Source: Minisyncoccota bacterium
Lineage (GTDB): Bacteria; Patescibacteriota; Minisyncoccia; UBA6257; JAGOQP01
Length of the DNA: 64,000 nt
NCBI GenBank assembly: GCA_041661795.1
Contig: JBAZTS010000002.1
Span: forward strand, 36,263-100,262
Reading direction: 5' to 3'
Position numbers and translations under genes: made by a program. The notes beneath the pieces were generated by a model. The model did no database searches, was not told the origin of the DNA, and worked only from the letters and a program-made list of their open reading frames with translations. The stretch's first letter is position 1. Each line of letters opens with the position of its first letter. Shown here in pieces: positions 37,419-46,955 of the stretch.

Positions 37419-38006
37419 ATGAAAAAAATAGCTTTTCTTACGGCTTTTTTGGTCTTGGGAGTAATCTTAGTATCCGGCGTAGCTAAAGCCGAATCTACTG
37501 ACGGAGTAGTAACAGTTGTAAGTCAGGAAGAGGTTTTAACTCCAGAGCTTTCTCAAATTCTTAAAGATGGATTGGATGCTTTGGAAATTACCTTAAATCA
37601 GGTAAAAGCTCGTCTTGACTCTCAGTTGATCTCAGAAGAGAAAAAACCGATTGTTGACCAAAGTTTGGTGATTATAAAAAATAGCTTGGTAACTATTGAT
37701 TATACTCTTGAAACTTTAAGCTTAGCTCCGTCTGCCGATTCGTCCGTTGCTTCCGATGTAAATCTTTCTCCGATTGTTATTAATCCGGCGGAAAATCAAG
37801 AAACATCCAATGTCGCATCTAAAGATAACTTGCTGACAGGAACAGTGTCTAATAAAACAACTTTGACTGTTGTGGGAGCGATTGTGGGATTAGCGCTGAT
37901 AGGACTAATAATGTGGTTTATTATGCGGAAACCAAAATCTAAAACCCTTCAAACAGTTCAGACGCATCAAACTCAAGAATCTTCAGATATTCCAAAACAG
38001 GCCTAA
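37419..38006 (+). CDS. secreted protein with a C-terminal TM anchor
   Basis: Signal peptide, Ser/Thr-rich linker, C-terminal TM; a terminator hairpin follows at 38008-38040. Confidence 0.35.
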   Translation: MKKIAFLTAFLVLGVILVSGVAKAESTDGVVTVVSQEEVLTPELSQILKDGLDALEITLNQVKARLDSQLISEEKKPIVDQSLVIIKNSLVTIDYTLETLSLAPSADSSVASDVNLSPIVINPAENQETSNVASKDNLLTGTVSNKTTLTVVGAIVGLALIGLIMWFIMRKPKSKTLQTVQTHQTQESSDIPKQA

Positions 38007-38007
38007 A

Positions 38008-38040
38008 AATAAATCCTCTCATTTCGAGAGGATTTATTTT
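38008..38040 (+). terminator. rho-independent terminator
   Basis: aaataAATCCTCTCatttcGAGAGGATTtatttt. Confidence 0.65.
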
Positions 38041-38168
38041 TATAATATTTTGTGTAATTTTTATATCTATCATTTCTTGCTACAGCAACCAGATTTATAT
38101 ATAACCGGTACTTAATATGTAATTTTTTGTATATAGTATTTGGTATACGGTATACGATATTCGGTATT

Positions 38169-39272
38169 CTATTTTAGATTCTCTATTATAGCTATCTCAA
38201 AGGGCACCAAGGGGAAAGGATTGTATTTCATTTGGGAGTAGGCGGTGATGAGCGCTTTTATAAGTTTTATCTGCTCGTCCGTATCTATTTTAGCCGAATG
38301 TTTTTTTATTTCTTTTATTTGGCTTTCGGCCAATTCCTTTTCAAATATCTTTTCCAGTTCCGGATTAAGATGTAAAGAAAGAACCCTTCTTAAATATTCT
38401 GTCAGATCTTTGTTAAATTGAAAAAGATTGTATCCCTGACTGTTTATTTCGTATAAAAATTCCAGCGACTTTTGTAAGTCCTTTTTTATGACCAAATCGG
38501 CCATTTTTATTGTTTTTAGAAAATCAACTTTTCCCAAGATGCTTTCCACGTATTCAACGGTAATATTCTTGCCCTTCATGGAAACAATCTGGTCAAAAAG
38601 AGATTCGGCATCTCTTAAACTTCCTTCAGCTAAAAAGGCAATCATTTCCAAAGCTTCTTTTTCGTATTCTACTTTTTCTTCTTTGGCGATAAATGAAAGT
38701 TTTTTTATAATCTCCTGTAGTGTCAGCTTTCTAAAATGAAATCTCTGGGTTCGGGAAACAATAGTGGGAGGGAGCTTGTCGTATTCGGTGGTGGCTAATA
38801 TAAAAACGGCATGGGCTGGCGGTTCTTCTAAAGTTTTTAAAAGAGCGTTAAATGCCTGTGGAGTGAGCATGTGAACTTCATCTATGATAAAGATTTTGTA
38901 TTTAAGATAAGAGGGGAGTGTTTTTATGTTTTCTTTGAGATTTCTTATTTCATCTATTCCTCGGTTGGAAGCGGCGTCAATTTCAACGACATCCAAAGCT
39001 CTGCCTTCTTCAACTTGTAAACAGGCGTGACATTCTCCACAGGGCTCTCCTTGCTTGGCAAAGTTTTCGTCCTCTTGTCTTTTCTGGCAGTTAATTATTT
39101 TGGAAAAGATTCTGGCGATAGTTGTTTTGCCGGTTCCTCTTGAACCGTAGAAAAGATAGGCATGAGAAATTTTACCTTCCTTAACTGAATTTTGAAGTAT
39201 GGTAACCGTATTTTCCTGACCGTAAATATCAGCAAGTTTTTTTGGTCGGTATTTTCTATAAATAGCTAACAT
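38169..39272 (-). CDS. dnaX: DNA polymerase III subunit gamma/tau (short form, 367 aa)
   Basis: KYRPKKLADIYGQENTVTIL…GSRGTGKTT (Walker A), Zn module CGECHAC, DEVHML, SRTQRF sensor. Confidence 0.85.
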   Translation of the reverse strand: MLAIYRKYRPKKLADIYGQENTVTILQNSVKEGKISHAYLFYGSRGTGKTTIARIFSKIINCQKRQEDENFAKQGEPCGECHACLQVEEGRALDVVEIDAASNRGIDEIRNLKENIKTLPSYLKYKIFIIDEVHMLTPQAFNALLKTLEEPPAHAVFILATTEYDKLPPTIVSRTQRFHFRKLTLQEIIKKLSFIAKEEKVEYEKEALEMIAFLAEGSLRDAESLFDQIVSMKGKNITVEYVESILGKVDFLKTIKMADLVIKKDLQKSLEFLYEINSQGYNLFQFNKDLTEYLRRVLSLHLNPELEKIFEKELAESQIKEIKKHSAKIDTDEQIKLIKALITAYSQMKYNPFPLVPFEIAIIENLK

Positions 39273-39278
39273 ATCAAT

Positions 39279-39315
<37 letters not shown>

Positions 39316-39324
39316 GCTATGAAA

Positions 39325-39366
39325 TAAAAAAAGCCCGCCGGTGTCTTCCGAGGAAGTCCTGGCGGG
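39325..39366 (-). terminator. intrinsic terminator of the minus-strand GC-rich transcript
   Basis: Minus-strand RNA …CCCGCCAGGACUUCC-UCGG-GGAAGACACCGGCGGG followed by UUUUUUU. Confidence 0.65.
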
Positions 39367-39922
39367 GTGGAACAGGTGGTGCGACCTTAGCTCACTCGGT
39401 GCTGTCGAGTTCGCTCGCCCGATATACTCTCCGGGTGATACGAGAGCTCGAATCTGCCGAGACGTGACGCGTGGTCACTTTTTGCTAAGGTTTTTTGGGG
39501 TGCTGCTCCTCTTCCTGTTCGGTACTTTCTAAGAACGGTTCCCACACCGTTCTCGCCGGCGAGCTTAGCTCGCGCAGGGTAGAGGCGCCTCCTAAAGGAG
39601 GCAAAACATGAGTACAAATTCGGAATTGGATTTTTGTGAGTTTCCGGACTCACTATCTCGTTTGGTGCACCTCCCGAGAAGTCCTTTTCCTTCCACTTAT
39701 TATTGGGCCAGTTTGAGATCAGCGGTGGACACTCAAACTGTTTGCGTGCTTTCACCGAGCTTGCCGGATTTACTCGGATCTTTGGTGAGATGGCGCAACC
39801 CCACAGTTTTGACCTCCCTCAGCTGCGCGCGCAACTGAGTTGTCAGCTCACCTAGTGACAGAGGCCCCCTTTTTGACCGTTTTTTCTTCTTGGTCCGGAA
39901 GGGTTTCCGTGCTACATTTTTA
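39335..39922 (-). ncRNA. unclassified GC-rich structured transcript (~590 nt) upstream of and co-directional with dnaX; candidate SRP RNA, tmRNA or other ncRNA
   Basis: Consensus promoter (TTGACA-N16-TATAAT at 39930-39957, minus strand) and intrinsic terminator; 55-60% GC; many hairpins (CCUCCuuuaGGAGG, GCGAGCuaaGCUCGC, GAGAACGGUgugggaACCGUUCUU); no convincing long ORF. Confidence 0.4.
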
Positions 39923-39929
39923 TGCCTGT

Positions 39930-39957
39930 ATTATACTCCTTTTGTTTTATTTGTCAA
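39930..39957 (-). promoter_or_regulatory. consensus sigma70 promoter (TTGACA-N16-TATAAT) on the minus strand
   Basis: Reverse complement of 39930-39957 reads TTGACAaataaaacaaaaggagTATAAT. Confidence 0.6.
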
Positions 39958-40020
39958 GTACCCATAATAAAGTTCTAAAAACCTTGGAATTTAGTGTTTT
40001 TGGCTATATAATTAATTAGT

Positions 40021-40737
40021 ATGTTTGAAATGAAGTCGGTTGAGTTCTCTGGGCCCCTGGACAAGCTTTTGGAACTTATTGAGGGGAAAAAAATGGATAT
40101 AACCAGAATCAGTTTAGCCGAAGTGACGGCTGATTTTTTGACATATCTTAAAGACCTAACGCAGGCAAATCAAGAAAATAAAAATGACTCTCTTTCAAGA
40201 ATAATAGCTGATTTTTTAGTGGTGGCTTCTCAATTGATTTTGATAAAATCTAAAGCTATACTGCCCGAGATAGAACTTTCTGAAGAGGAAGAGGAGAGCA
40301 TTCAAGATTTGGAGAAACGCTTGGAGCTTTACAATCAAATCAAACCGATGTTGGCTGTCTTAAAAAAATCGTGGAAAGAAAACAGTCCCTCTTTTTCAAG
40401 AGAAATGTTTTCTTCAATACAACCGGTTTTCTATCCTCCCTTAAAAATTTCAATAAATGACTTAAAACTTTCACTGCAGTCGCTGGTTGATTCGCTGGGA
40501 TCATTTATTCTGGAAACGGAAAAGATAGAAAGACAAATATTTACGCTGGAGGAAAAAGTGGCAGAACTTTCCCAAAGAATTACAGATGGGATTTCAAAGT
40601 TTTCCCAGGTTATTTCAAAGAAATCAAGACAGGAGGCGATTGTTATGTTTTTAGCCCTGCTTCACTTGTTAAGAGATCAGGTTCTAAGAGTCAAACAATC
40701 GGAAATTTTTAAAGAAATAGAATTAGAAAGAGTATAA
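40021..40737 (+). CDS. scpA: segregation and condensation protein A
   Basis: MFEMKSVEFSGPLDKLLELIEGKKMDITRISLAEVTADFLTYL…: ScpA N-terminal consensus. Confidence 0.75.
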   Translation: MFEMKSVEFSGPLDKLLELIEGKKMDITRISLAEVTADFLTYLKDLTQANQENKNDSLSRIIADFLVVASQLILIKSKAILPEIELSEEEEESIQDLEKRLELYNQIKPMLAVLKKSWKENSPSFSREMFSSIQPVFYPPLKISINDLKLSLQSLVDSLGSFILETEKIERQIFTLEEKVAELSQRITDGISKFSQVISKKSRQEAIVMFLALLHLLRDQVLRVKQSEIFKEIELERV

Positions 40738-40746
40738 AATAATTTC

Positions 40747-41325
40747 ATGGAAGAAAATAAACAAAATCAAAATAATGTGGCGGCTTTGGAGGCGGTAATG
40801 TTTTTATACGGGGAACCGATGGATTTGGAAAAATTGTCCAAGGTTATGAAAATTTCTACAGAGGAAGCCAAGACGGCTCTGGAGGAATTGAAAAATAATC
40901 TCTTGTCGGAAAATAGGGGACTTATCCTTATTGAAAAAGGAGGGTCTTTTGTCTTGGCCACTAAGCCGGAGTTTTCATCTTTTTTGGATAACTTTGTCAG
41001 AGAAAATTTAAAAGAGGATTTAACTCCCGCGTCCTTGGAAACTCTCTCTTTAATCGCTTATTTTTCTCCAATTTCCAGAGCTCAAATTGATTATATCAGA
41101 GGAGTCAATTCCAGCTTTATATTAAGAAACCTACTAATAAGAGGTCTTGTGGATAGAAAAATGAAAGGTAATATGTATCTTTACGAACCAAGTTTTGATT
41201 TCTTAAAACATCTTGGACTGGAGAACATTTCCCAGCTTCCAGAATTTGTTCGCTTCCAACAGATAAAAGATAATTATTTTTCTGCAGAATCAAGTAAATC
41301 CGAAAATCAACCAGCATTCATATGA
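40747..41325 (+). CDS. scpB: segregation and condensation protein B
   Basis: ALEAVMFLYGEPMDLEKLSKVM…: tandem winged-helix ScpB pattern; follows scpA. Confidence 0.75.
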   Translation: MEENKQNQNNVAALEAVMFLYGEPMDLEKLSKVMKISTEEAKTALEELKNNLLSENRGLILIEKGGSFVLATKPEFSSFLDNFVRENLKEDLTPASLETLSLIAYFSPISRAQIDYIRGVNSSFILRNLLIRGLVDRKMKGNMYLYEPSFDFLKHLGLENISQLPEFVRFQQIKDNYFSAESSKSENQPAFI

Positions 41326-42269
41326 AATTACAAGCTCTTATTTTAATATTTGTCATTGTGATTTCTTTTTATGTATTAAAGGAAGGATCGTCCATATCCC
41401 AAGGCAAATCCGAAATTGACCAGTCGGTCGGCATGGCTTCTTTGGGGGAAATTAATAATGGTGAACCAATAGTGGTAAAAGAAGAAATTACTGTTATCCC
41501 TGCCAACGCTGTTGTTGAGTCGCCTAAAATAGAAAAAGATGAAGAGCTTCCGATAAATTGCCGGTCGGTTAGTTCTAAAATTTTTGCCATAAAAGATTTG
41601 GATGATAATAAAGTTATTTTAGAAAAAAATCCTGATAACCATTGGCCGGTCGCTTCTATTACCAAGTTGATGACGGCCATAGTTGCTTTAGAAAATCTTA
41701 ATCTTTCCAGTGTCGTGGAAATAACTCAGGAAGCTATTTTGTCGGCTGACGGTTTTAGTACGCTGGCGATAAAAGAAAAGTATTCAGTTGAAGATTTATT
41801 GGAGGCCTCTTTGGTTTTTTCCAGTAACGACGCTTCTTATGCTTTAGCGCAGGGGTTAGGGCAAGATATATTTGTTCAAAAGATGAACGACAAAGCCAAA
41901 GAAATAGGTATGAGTCAAACATCTTTTGTTGAGCCGTCGGGACTCTCTTATCTTAATCAATCAACCGCCAATGATCTGGCTACACTACTATCATATATAT
42001 ACAGAAACCATCCTCTTATTTTAAATATGACCAGGCAGAAAACCGCTTCAATAAAAGAAAGAGTTTCTGGGAAAACAAAAAAGTTTTCCAATATAGATTT
42101 GTTTGCCGGACAATCCAACTTCTTTGGAGGAAAAACTGGGTTTATAGACCAGTCGGGAGGAAATTTGGTTACTTTATTTCAGAAAGGTGGTAAGATGTTT
42201 TTTGTAGGAGTTTTGGGAAGTCAGGACAGATTTGGAGAAGTGAGTAAATTATTAGAGTGTATTGAATAA
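41322..42269 (+). CDS. D-alanyl-D-alanine carboxypeptidase (S11, PBP5-like)
   Basis: SxxK = WPVASITKLMT, SxN = SSND, KTG = GKTGF; signal peptide. Confidence 0.75.
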   Translation: MKLQALILIFVIVISFYVLKEGSSISQGKSEIDQSVGMASLGEINNGEPIVVKEEITVIPANAVVESPKIEKDEELPINCRSVSSKIFAIKDLDDNKVILEKNPDNHWPVASITKLMTAIVALENLNLSSVVEITQEAILSADGFSTLAIKEKYSVEDLLEASLVFSSNDASYALAQGLGQDIFVQKMNDKAKEIGMSQTSFVEPSGLSYLNQSTANDLATLLSYIYRNHPLILNMTRQKTASIKERVSGKTKKFSNIDLFAGQSNFFGGKTGFIDQSGGNLVTLFQKGGKMFFVGVLGSQDRFGEVSKLLECIE

Positions 42270-42271
42270 TT

Positions 42272-43321
42272 ATGTTAAGTTCCCAGGTCATAAGAGTTTT
42301 AATGTTGATGGGCGTGTCGTTCGTAACGGCTTTGCTTTTAACACCCTTGGTAACCAAGTTTCTTTATCGTTACAAAATGGGAAAGCAAATCAGGCAAAGT
42401 GCCGAAACCCCCATATTTTCCGCTTTACATAAAAACAAAGAAGGAACGCCAACTATGGGCGGAATAATAATTTGGGCAACCGTTCTTGGTTTGTCTCTTA
42501 TCTTTTTTATTCTTAATCTTATTTTTGACGGATTTTGGGATTATTTTAATTTTGTTGACAGAGCGCAAACTTATCTTCCGATTGCAGCTATGTTGATTGC
42601 CGCTATCTTAGGACTAGTAGATGATTTGTTTGGAGTTTTTAAAAGAGGGCCTAATGGCGGGGGAATGTCTGCTAAAAGAAAGTTAATAATTTATCTTGTT
42701 ATATCTTTGATTGGTGCTTATTGGTTTTATTTCAAACTTAACTGGACGATTCTTCATATTCCTTTTTTAGGGAGCTTTGAAATTGACGGATGGTATATTC
42801 CCTTGTTTATATTTATTATTTTTGCCTCGGCTTTTTCGGCTAACGAAACTGATGGCTTAGACGGGCTTTTGGGCGGAGTTTCTCTTTTTTCATTTGGCTC
42901 GTTGGCGGTTGTCTCTTTTGCTTTGGGAAGATACGAGCTGGCGGCTTTTTCTACTGTAGTGGCTGGAGCCCTGTTGGCTTTCTTGTGGTTTAATATTTAT
43001 CCGGCCAAGTTTTTTATGGGGGACACTGGTTCTATGGCTCTTGGTATTACCATGGGAGTTATAGCTTTGCTCACCAATACCATTATATTCTTACCTTTAT
43101 TTGCTCCGATATTGGTTATTGAATCGCTGTCCGTAATAATTCAGATGATTTCTAAAAAACTTTTTAAAAAGAAAATATTTCTTTCCACTCCCATTCACCA
43201 TCACTTTGAGGCCTTGGGGTGGCATGAATCCAAAGTAACAATGAGATTTTGGATTATAACGGCCGTCTCCAACGGCCTGGGACTAGTCCTGTTTTTCCTT
43301 TCAAGAATCGTGTTGAGATAA
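42272..43321 (+). CDS. mraY: phospho-N-acetylmuramoyl-pentapeptide transferase
   Basis: …NETDGLDGL…, …FMGDTGSMALG…; 10 TM helices. Confidence 0.85.
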   Translation: MLSSQVIRVLMLMGVSFVTALLLTPLVTKFLYRYKMGKQIRQSAETPIFSALHKNKEGTPTMGGIIIWATVLGLSLIFFILNLIFDGFWDYFNFVDRAQTYLPIAAMLIAAILGLVDDLFGVFKRGPNGGGMSAKRKLIIYLVISLIGAYWFYFKLNWTILHIPFLGSFEIDGWYIPLFIFIIFASAFSANETDGLDGLLGGVSLFSFGSLAVVSFALGRYELAAFSTVVAGALLAFLWFNIYPAKFFMGDTGSMALGITMGVIALLTNTIIFLPLFAPILVIESLSVIIQMISKKLFKKKIFLSTPIHHHFEALGWHESKVTMRFWIITAVSNGLGLVLFFLSRIVLR

Positions 43322-43324
43322 ATA

Positions 43325-43930
43325 TTAAAGAAATTCTTTTAGAACTTTAAAATCCTCTTTTAAAGTGTCTTTTGTTTTATTGTTGTAGATAGCAACTGCC
43401 GGGTGGTAGAGAGGAATAATAGTTATTAATCTTCCCGAAAGTGAATTTGTTTTAAAAACTTTCCCATGAAGTTGGCTTATCGGTCCAAGCTCGTTGTGGA
43501 GTCCCATCTTTTCCATTATATAAGCCATAGAAAATCTTCCCAAAGAAGCAATAACTTCTGGTTGAATAATTTCAATTTGTCTGTCTAAAAAAGGTCCATA
43601 TATTTTTATTTCTTCTGGTAACGGGTCTCTGTTTTGTGGGGGTCTGTCTTTAACGATGTTGGTTATGTAAACATTTTCTCTTTTAAGACCTATTGAATCG
43701 CAAAGCTCATCTAAAATCTTTCCTGCCGCTCCGCAAAATGGATGACCTGTTTTTGCTTCGTTTCTTCCTGGACCTTCTCCTACAAACATTATTTTGGCAT
43801 AGTGGCTCCCTTGCCCGATAACGGGAAAGTAATTATTGTCTACCCGATATTGGTAGAGAGGAGAGTCCTTTAAGTCAATTACCTCATCTCTTATCTTTTT
43901 TAATTCTTCATCTCTATTTGTGTCTTTCAT
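43325..43930 (-). CDS. uracil-DNA glycosylase, family 4
   Basis: FVGEGPGRNEAKTGHPFCGAAGKILDEL (GEGPG…PF.G.AG motif A) and a C-terminal HPA motif. Confidence 0.8.
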   Translation of the reverse strand: MKDTNRDEELKKIRDEVIDLKDSPLYQYRVDNNYFPVIGQGSHYAKIMFVGEGPGRNEAKTGHPFCGAAGKILDELCDSIGLKRENVYITNIVKDRPPQNRDPLPEEIKIYGPFLDRQIEIIQPEVIASLGRFSMAYIMEKMGLHNELGPISQLHGKVFKTNSLSGRLITIIPLYHPAVAIYNNKTKDTLKEDFKVLKEFL

Positions 43931-43992
43931 ATTTTGGACAAATGCTATTTTTTATGTAATTATACCAGAAAGAGTTCTTTTTCAAAATTTTT

Positions 43993-44721
43993 ATGTATAA
44001 AAGAAGTGATCCTTTCAAACAAGGAGAAGATTTCAAATTAAGCCGAAGCAAACTTGAAGCATTTACACAATGCCCAAGATGTTTTTATTTGGACAGACGT
44101 TTAAAAATTCCTCAGCCCTCAGGGCCGGCCTTTACTCTTAATTCGGCAGTTGATGCTCTTTTAAAGAAAGAATTTGATATTCACAGGGCTAAGGGTTCTA
44201 CCCACCCTCTTATGAAGGAGTATGGAATAAAAGCAATTCCTTTTTCCCATGAAAATATAAATATTTGGAGAGAGAATTTTAAAGGTGTGACTTTTTATCA
44301 CGAGCCCACTAAGTTAACAATTTCAGGGGCTATTGATGATATTTGGCAAGACGATTCTGGAAAACTTTTTATAGTTGATTATAAAGCCACCAGCACTACC
44401 GCTGAACTTTCTTTGGATACCGAATACCGTCAGGCCTATAAGAGACAAATGGAAATATATCAGTGGCTTTTTAGGAGAAACGGATTTGATATTTCTGATA
44501 TCGGATACTTTGTTTATGCCAACGGAAGAAAGGATAAGGAGGCCTTTGACGGCAAACTGGAATTTGACGTTCAAATCATTACTTATCATGGAAATGATTC
44601 ATGGGTGGAAAAAACGATAATTGATGCCAGAAAATGCCTTGATTCAGATGATCTTCCTCAAAGTTCTCCAACTTGCCAGTTTTGTGAATATAGGAAAAAG
44701 GCCGTCAAAGTAGAAGAATAA
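43993..44721 (+). CDS. Cas4-like PD-(D/E)XK nuclease (stand-alone, Cys-cluster containing)
   Basis: N-terminal FTQCPRCFY; core …IDDIWQDDSGKLFIVDYKAT… (D…D/ExK); C-terminal CQFCEY Cys pair, so an iron-sulfur-cluster RecB-type nuclease topology; no CRISPR nearby. Confidence 0.55.
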   Translation: MYKRSDPFKQGEDFKLSRSKLEAFTQCPRCFYLDRRLKIPQPSGPAFTLNSAVDALLKKEFDIHRAKGSTHPLMKEYGIKAIPFSHENINIWRENFKGVTFYHEPTKLTISGAIDDIWQDDSGKLFIVDYKATSTTAELSLDTEYRQAYKRQMEIYQWLFRRNGFDISDIGYFVYANGRKDKEAFDGKLEFDVQIITYHGNDSWVEKTIIDARKCLDSDDLPQSSPTCQFCEYRKKAVKVEE

Positions 44722-44730
44722 ATACATGAC

Positions 44731-45426
44731 ATGAAAGTGCATCGATTTTTTATTGACAAAGATCTGTCGGAATACAATCTAAATCTTTCCGATTCAAAAA
44801 TTATTAATCAAATAAAAAATGTTTTGAGATTGAAAATTGGAGAGGAAGTGTCTTTTTTTAATGGCCGAGATGAAGTTTTGGCAAAGATAAATTCATTGGA
44901 AAAAGATAAAATTCTTTTTTCGTGCAAGAAGATATCCATCAAAAAAGACAGAGGAATTATAGTTTCTTTGTACTGTTCCGTTGTCAAAAAGGACAAATTT
45001 GAATGGATTGTGGAAAAAGCATCCGAAGTGGGGATTTTTAAAATTATTCCTGTCATATCTTCCAGAACAATAAAAACATCTCTTAATCTAAAAAGATTGA
45101 ACGATATATCCAAAGAAGCGTCCGAGCAGTCAGGAAGGATAACCTTGCCTCTTATTAGCGATATAATGACTTTTAGCCAATCCATAGAAGATGCCAAATT
45201 CAATAAAATGAATGTTTTTTTAAACACCGATATTGATGATCGAAAAATTCCCAAAATCGGAGATGGAGAAAGTATTGGAATATTTGTAGGTCCAGAAGGC
45301 GGATGGACTCAAGAAGAATCTGATCTTGCCAAAAAGAATGGGTTTTTGGAAAAGTCCTTAGGGAATAATATTTTTAGAACCGAAACTGCTGCTATTGTTG
45401 CTTCCTATTTATTTGCCAATAGCTGA
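44731..45426 (+). CDS. rsmE: 16S rRNA (uracil1498-N3)-methyltransferase
   Basis: MKVHRFFID…; C-terminal GPEGGWTQEE…LGNNIFRTETAAI (SPOUT knot region). Confidence 0.75.
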   Translation: MKVHRFFIDKDLSEYNLNLSDSKIINQIKNVLRLKIGEEVSFFNGRDEVLAKINSLEKDKILFSCKKISIKKDRGIIVSLYCSVVKKDKFEWIVEKASEVGIFKIIPVISSRTIKTSLNLKRLNDISKEASEQSGRITLPLISDIMTFSQSIEDAKFNKMNVFLNTDIDDRKIPKIGDGESIGIFVGPEGGWTQEESDLAKKNGFLEKSLGNNIFRTETAAIVASYLFANS

Positions 45427-45448
45427 AGTTTTGTATTAGAATACAGAC

Positions 45449-45901
45449 ATGACAAGAAAAAAATACTTTATGTTGGCGGGCGTGGTGGTGGTTATTTTAG
45501 TAGGTGTTTTTCTGTTTTTAAATAAAGACGGAGGATTTACGGTTTTGGCTTCTTATAATAATCCGATTTATAAATATAGTTTAGGTATACCCAAAGAGTG
45601 GCAGGGAAAATATGAAATTCAAGAATCGTCAGATTTTAGGACGGCCTCTTTTATTTATTCCAACGACCAAAAAAAGAGTCCTATTATGACTTTGGTTATT
45701 TTTAATAAAAATGAATGGGATTTAATTCCGGATAAATCTGGGGCCGGGACAGAGCTTGGAACAAAAGATAATAATGTCTTTCTATATTTGGCTTATCCTA
45801 TTTCTCAAGGCAATCCTTATGAAGGCCAGGCAGGAAAAGAATTTTCTTCTTTTGTAAAACAAGCTAATTTGGTAGCTAAAACATTTAAATTTGCTGAGTA
45901 A
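45449..45901 (+). CDS. secreted hypothetical protein
   Basis: Signal-anchor and soluble domain; no family recognised. Confidence 0.35.
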   Translation: MTRKKYFMLAGVVVVILVGVFLFLNKDGGFTVLASYNNPIYKYSLGIPKEWQGKYEIQESSDFRTASFIYSNDQKKSPIMTLVIFNKNEWDLIPDKSGAGTELGTKDNNVFLYLAYPISQGNPYEGQAGKEFSSFVKQANLVAKTFKFAE

Positions 45902-46328
45902 TTTTATGTGGCTTTTATACGCTTTTTTGGCATCTGTTTTCGCTGCTTTGGTGGCTGTTTTGGGAAAATTAGGCCTGAAAAATATAGACCCGATTTTGGC
46001 AACTACAGTCAGAGGGATAATTATGGCGATCTTTCTTTTTGTTGTAACTTTAGGTTTGAACAAAATAAATCTGACTAATATTAAATCAATTTCTACAAAA
46101 GATTGGGGGTTTATAGCTGCATCGGGAATAGCCGGAGCTTTGTCTTGGCTTTTCTATTTTGTGGCTCTTAAAAACGGCAGCGCTTCAAAAGTTTCGGCTA
46201 TTGACAGGACCAGTATAATTTTTGTCATTTTTTTGTCCGCCTTATTTTTAGGAGAAAGTTTTGGATGGAAAAGCGCTTTCGGGGCTTTGTTTATAGCTTT
46301 GGGAGCGATTCTTATTACTCTTAGATAA
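45891..46328 (+). CDS. EamA-like (DMT) small transporter
   Basis: Four TM helices; …VLGKLGLKNIDPILATTVRG… EamA-type motif; the real start is probably at about 45906. Confidence 0.5.
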   Translation: MLSNFMWLLYAFLASVFAALVAVLGKLGLKNIDPILATTVRGIIMAIFLFVVTLGLNKINLTNIKSISTKDWGFIAASGIAGALSWLFYFVALKNGSASKVSAIDRTSIIFVIFLSALFLGESFGWKSAFGALFIALGAILITLR

Positions 46329-46331
46329 TTA

Positions 46332-46817
46332 TTATTTTATCTTCTGTATTGAAACATCATCTTCTTTTTGAATGGACAATTTGTCTATAGTTCCGGCATT
46401 TATTTCTAAGACCATATCAATTAATTGCTGAGGTAAAATTGTTATCGGATCTTCTCCGTTTTTTGGGTAATCAACATTTTTATCTACTCTCACCACTTTA
46501 TTGTTATTAATCCAGACAAAGTCCAGCGGGAATTTCATTTCTCTCATTGAAAATCCAACCGCCTGGCTTGTTCCAAAAATGAATAACATTCCTTTATCTT
46601 CTTCCATGAAAACTACTCCAGAAAGGCCTTGCGCTTTTTTATATGAAGAAGCCGAAACTTGAGCTTCTATTTCTTTTCCGTTGATTGATATTATGGCCGT
46701 GTTTTCGTCGTTCCATTCTATTTCTCCCTTTTGATAATAATTACTTACGATAAACCAAATCAAAAACAGCAAAGCAACGGAGATTATTATGATGAATAAA
46801 ATAGTAATCATTTTCAT
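46332..46817 (-). CDS. DUF192-family protein
   Basis: …GMLFIF…FSMREMKFPLDFVWINNNKVVRV… resembles the DUF192/COG1430 core. Confidence 0.5.
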   Translation of the reverse strand: MKMITILFIIIISVALLFLIWFIVSNYYQKGEIEWNDENTAIISINGKEIEAQVSASSYKKAQGLSGVVFMEEDKGMLFIFGTSQAVGFSMREMKFPLDFVWINNNKVVRVDKNVDYPKNGEDPITILPQQLIDMVLEINAGTIDKLSIQKEDDVSIQKIK

Positions 46818-46835
46818 GGGTTTTATTATTTCGTT

Positions 46836-46932
46836 TCAGAAAAGGTTTTGGGGCACGGGTATTTTTCTGCTGAAAAATCCCTCAAGCTCAGCCCGTCGGC
46901 TTCCGCACGGTCCCAAAACCTTTTCTAAAACT
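46836..46932 (-). repeat. ~100-nt MITE-like element, copy 2 (TIRs AGAAAAGGTTTTGGG / CCCAAAACCTTTTCT)
   Basis: Core is about 90% identical to the reverse complement of 18381-18441; 15-bp perfect flanking inverted repeats. Confidence 0.7.
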
Positions 46933-46955
46933 ACAAATATGTTAAAATCATTATT

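Noticed and set aside
39387-39838. ORFs 39387..39755 (-) and 39608..39838 (+) inside the GC-rich region upstream of dnaX
   Set aside because: Both have biased R/P/S-rich or low-complexity products typical of wrong-frame GC-rich DNA. The region has promoter-terminator architecture and hairpin density better explained by an ncRNA, although a small protein cannot be fully excluded.
39335-39922. Confident assignment of the dnaX-upstream transcript as SRP RNA or tmRNA
   Set aside because: I could not find the SRP domain-IV motif closed by a proper GGAA tetraloop stem, nor the tmRNA tRNA-like ends (GGGG…/…UUCGAxUCC…CCACCA) or an ANDENYALAA-type tag frame. It is left as an unclassified ncRNA candidate.
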